This document shows positions 62,869-64,000 of a stretch of DNA of 64,000 nucleotides, in pieces. The translations under genes were made by a program, and so were the position numbers. The stretch is from an uncultured Actinomycetes bacterium (lineage in GTDB: Bacteria; SZUA-79; Acidulodesulfobacterales; Acidulodesulfobacteraceae): assembly GCA_964631685.1 (NCBI GenBank), contig CAZVZU010000004.1, positions 33,249 through 97,248 of the forward strand, in the 5' to 3' direction. Within the stretch, counting starts at the first letter, position 1. Each line of letters opens with the position of its first letter. Under the pieces are notes generated by a model. That model saw only the letters and a list, made by a program, of their open reading frames with translations, was not told where the DNA came from and ran no database searches.

Positions 62869-63999
62869 TTAAATAGCTAACGACTTAATCTCTGCATATA
62901 TCTGATCATCCATAAATCCTTTGACATCTATCGATTTAGAAAAACATGCATTAACACATGCACCGCAACCGGTGCAAAGTCCGGGATTAACATTGGCAAC
63001 AACCTTTATAAGCTTGCCACTTCTATCCTTAATCTCTTTTTTGCTAATCGCACTATAACCACAAACCCTTTGGCAGTAAAAACATGCAACGCAAGTAGCT
63101 TCATTAACGCTGGCGATAGTTCCCTCAACCTCATACTCATCTTTCGAAAACAACCCTAATATTTTGGCTGCGACTGCAGAACCGGAAACAACCGACTCCG
63201 GAATATCCCTTGGCCCCTGCGCCATACCCGCAAGAAAAATGCCAGCAGTGGAAGACTCGGCAGGACGAAGCTTAGGGTGGGATTCCGTATAAAACCCATA
63301 TTTATCATATGATATGCCTAGCATTTGAGCAATCTTGTCGGAACCCTTTTTAGGTATAACACCGGTTGCCAAAACCACCATATCCGCCGCAATTTCTACC
63401 TGATTGCCGGAAAGCGTATCAGCCCCCTTAACGATAAGTTTGCCGTCATTTTCATAAATCTTCGACACCCTGCCCCTAAGATAAATTGCACCATCTTGTT
63501 CCATGGCACCCCTGACAAATTCTTCATACCCCTTACTCGTCGCCCTTATATCTATGTAAAAGACATAACTTTGAGAACCGTGAACCTTATGTGCAAACAA
63601 TTTTGTGTGCTTCGCAGTATACATACAACAAACTTTTGAGCAATAAGGCACGCCTTTTTCGGGGTCCCTTGAGCCTACGCATTGAATAAACACGATTGTT
63701 TGCGGGATTTTGCCGTCAGACGGTCTCTTAATTACACCCTCGGTTGGGCCGGATGCAGATAAAAGTCTTTCAAATTGCAAACCCGATATGACATCTTTAA
63801 ATTTGCCGTAACCATATTCACCATACATAGAATTTTCCATTAAATCATAACCGGTTGCGGCTACAATTGCGCCAACGGTCTCTTCTATAATTTCATCCTT
63901 TATGTCAAAATCAATACATTTAGGACCACAAGCCTCATAACATTTAACGCATTTTCCGCCTTTTCTGAAATGAAGACAAACCGATCTGTCTAATACAGG
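62869..63999 (-). CDS. hdrA: Heterodisulfide reductase subunit A (5' end outside window)
   Basis: Frame open to the edge (PVLDRSVC..CVKCYEAC..VGAIVAATGY); ERLLSASGPT, QCVGSRD, YCSKVCC, QGPRDIP; C-terminal ferredoxin. Confidence 0.95.
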   Translation of the reverse strand, partial: PVLDRSVCLHFRKGGKCVKCYEACGPKCIDFDIKDEIIEETVGAIVAATGYDLMENSMYGEYGYGKFKDVISGLQFERLLSASGPTEGVIKRPSDGKIPQTIVFIQCVGSRDPEKGVPYCSKVCCMYTAKHTKLFAHKVHGSQSYVFYIDIRATSKGYEEFVRGAMEQDGAIYLRGRVSKIYENDGKLIVKGADTLSGNQVEIAADMVVLATGVIPKKGSDKIAQMLGISYDKYGFYTESHPKLRPAESSTAGIFLAGMAQGPRDIPESVVSGSAVAAKILGLFSKDEYEVEGTIASVNEATCVACFYCQRVCGYSAISKKEIKDRSGKLIKVVANVNPGLCTGCGACVNACFSKSIDVKGFMDDQIYAEIKSLAI

Positions 64000-64000
64000 G

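Noticed and set aside
62337..63999. Selenocysteine recoding in MvhD/HdrA
   Set aside because: No in-frame TGA in the visible portion; the ORF-track start at 63840 only reflects window truncation

Overview
AT-rich bacterial chromosomal segment made almost entirely of core genes, mostly on the minus strand. Gene order follows the deltaproteobacteria-type (Desulfobacterota-like) pattern. Together with very basic periplasmic proteins, this suggests an acidophilic sulfur-cycling lineage such as Ca. Acidulodesulfobacterales (inference). Contents: nadC-birA-coaX; a long minus-strand run (xerC-hslVU-argBDFGH-lipoprotein-NHL-GGR/LipT-like-radA-ispB-lysA-dapAB-pyrG-kdsADC-lptCAB-rpoN-hpf-rapZ-metK-ahcY); glgP, Zn-ADH, ClC, tRNA-Glu, P-type ATPase with a small lipoprotein, rfbA, rlmD-like, rpmB, pstS, Fe-ADH, a beta-barrel OMP, lpxC, queH, ruvCAB, yebC, three tRNAs, hup, clpXP, tig, thrS, and an hdrA-flxDCBA cluster cut by the right edge. 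No CRISPR, IS or prophage was seen. Most notable: an archaeal-type ThrRS with an apparent Cys-to-Asp change at a zinc ligand, placed 5 nt behind flxA; an orphan LipT/GGR-like flavoprotein coupled to an NHL protein; a P-type ATPase with non-canonical ion sites and an overlapping lipoprotein; a sigma54 promoter plus palindrome upstream of lpxC; Pho-box-like repeats at pstS; and several structured intergenic RNA candidates. All family assignments come from recalled motifs, not database searches.
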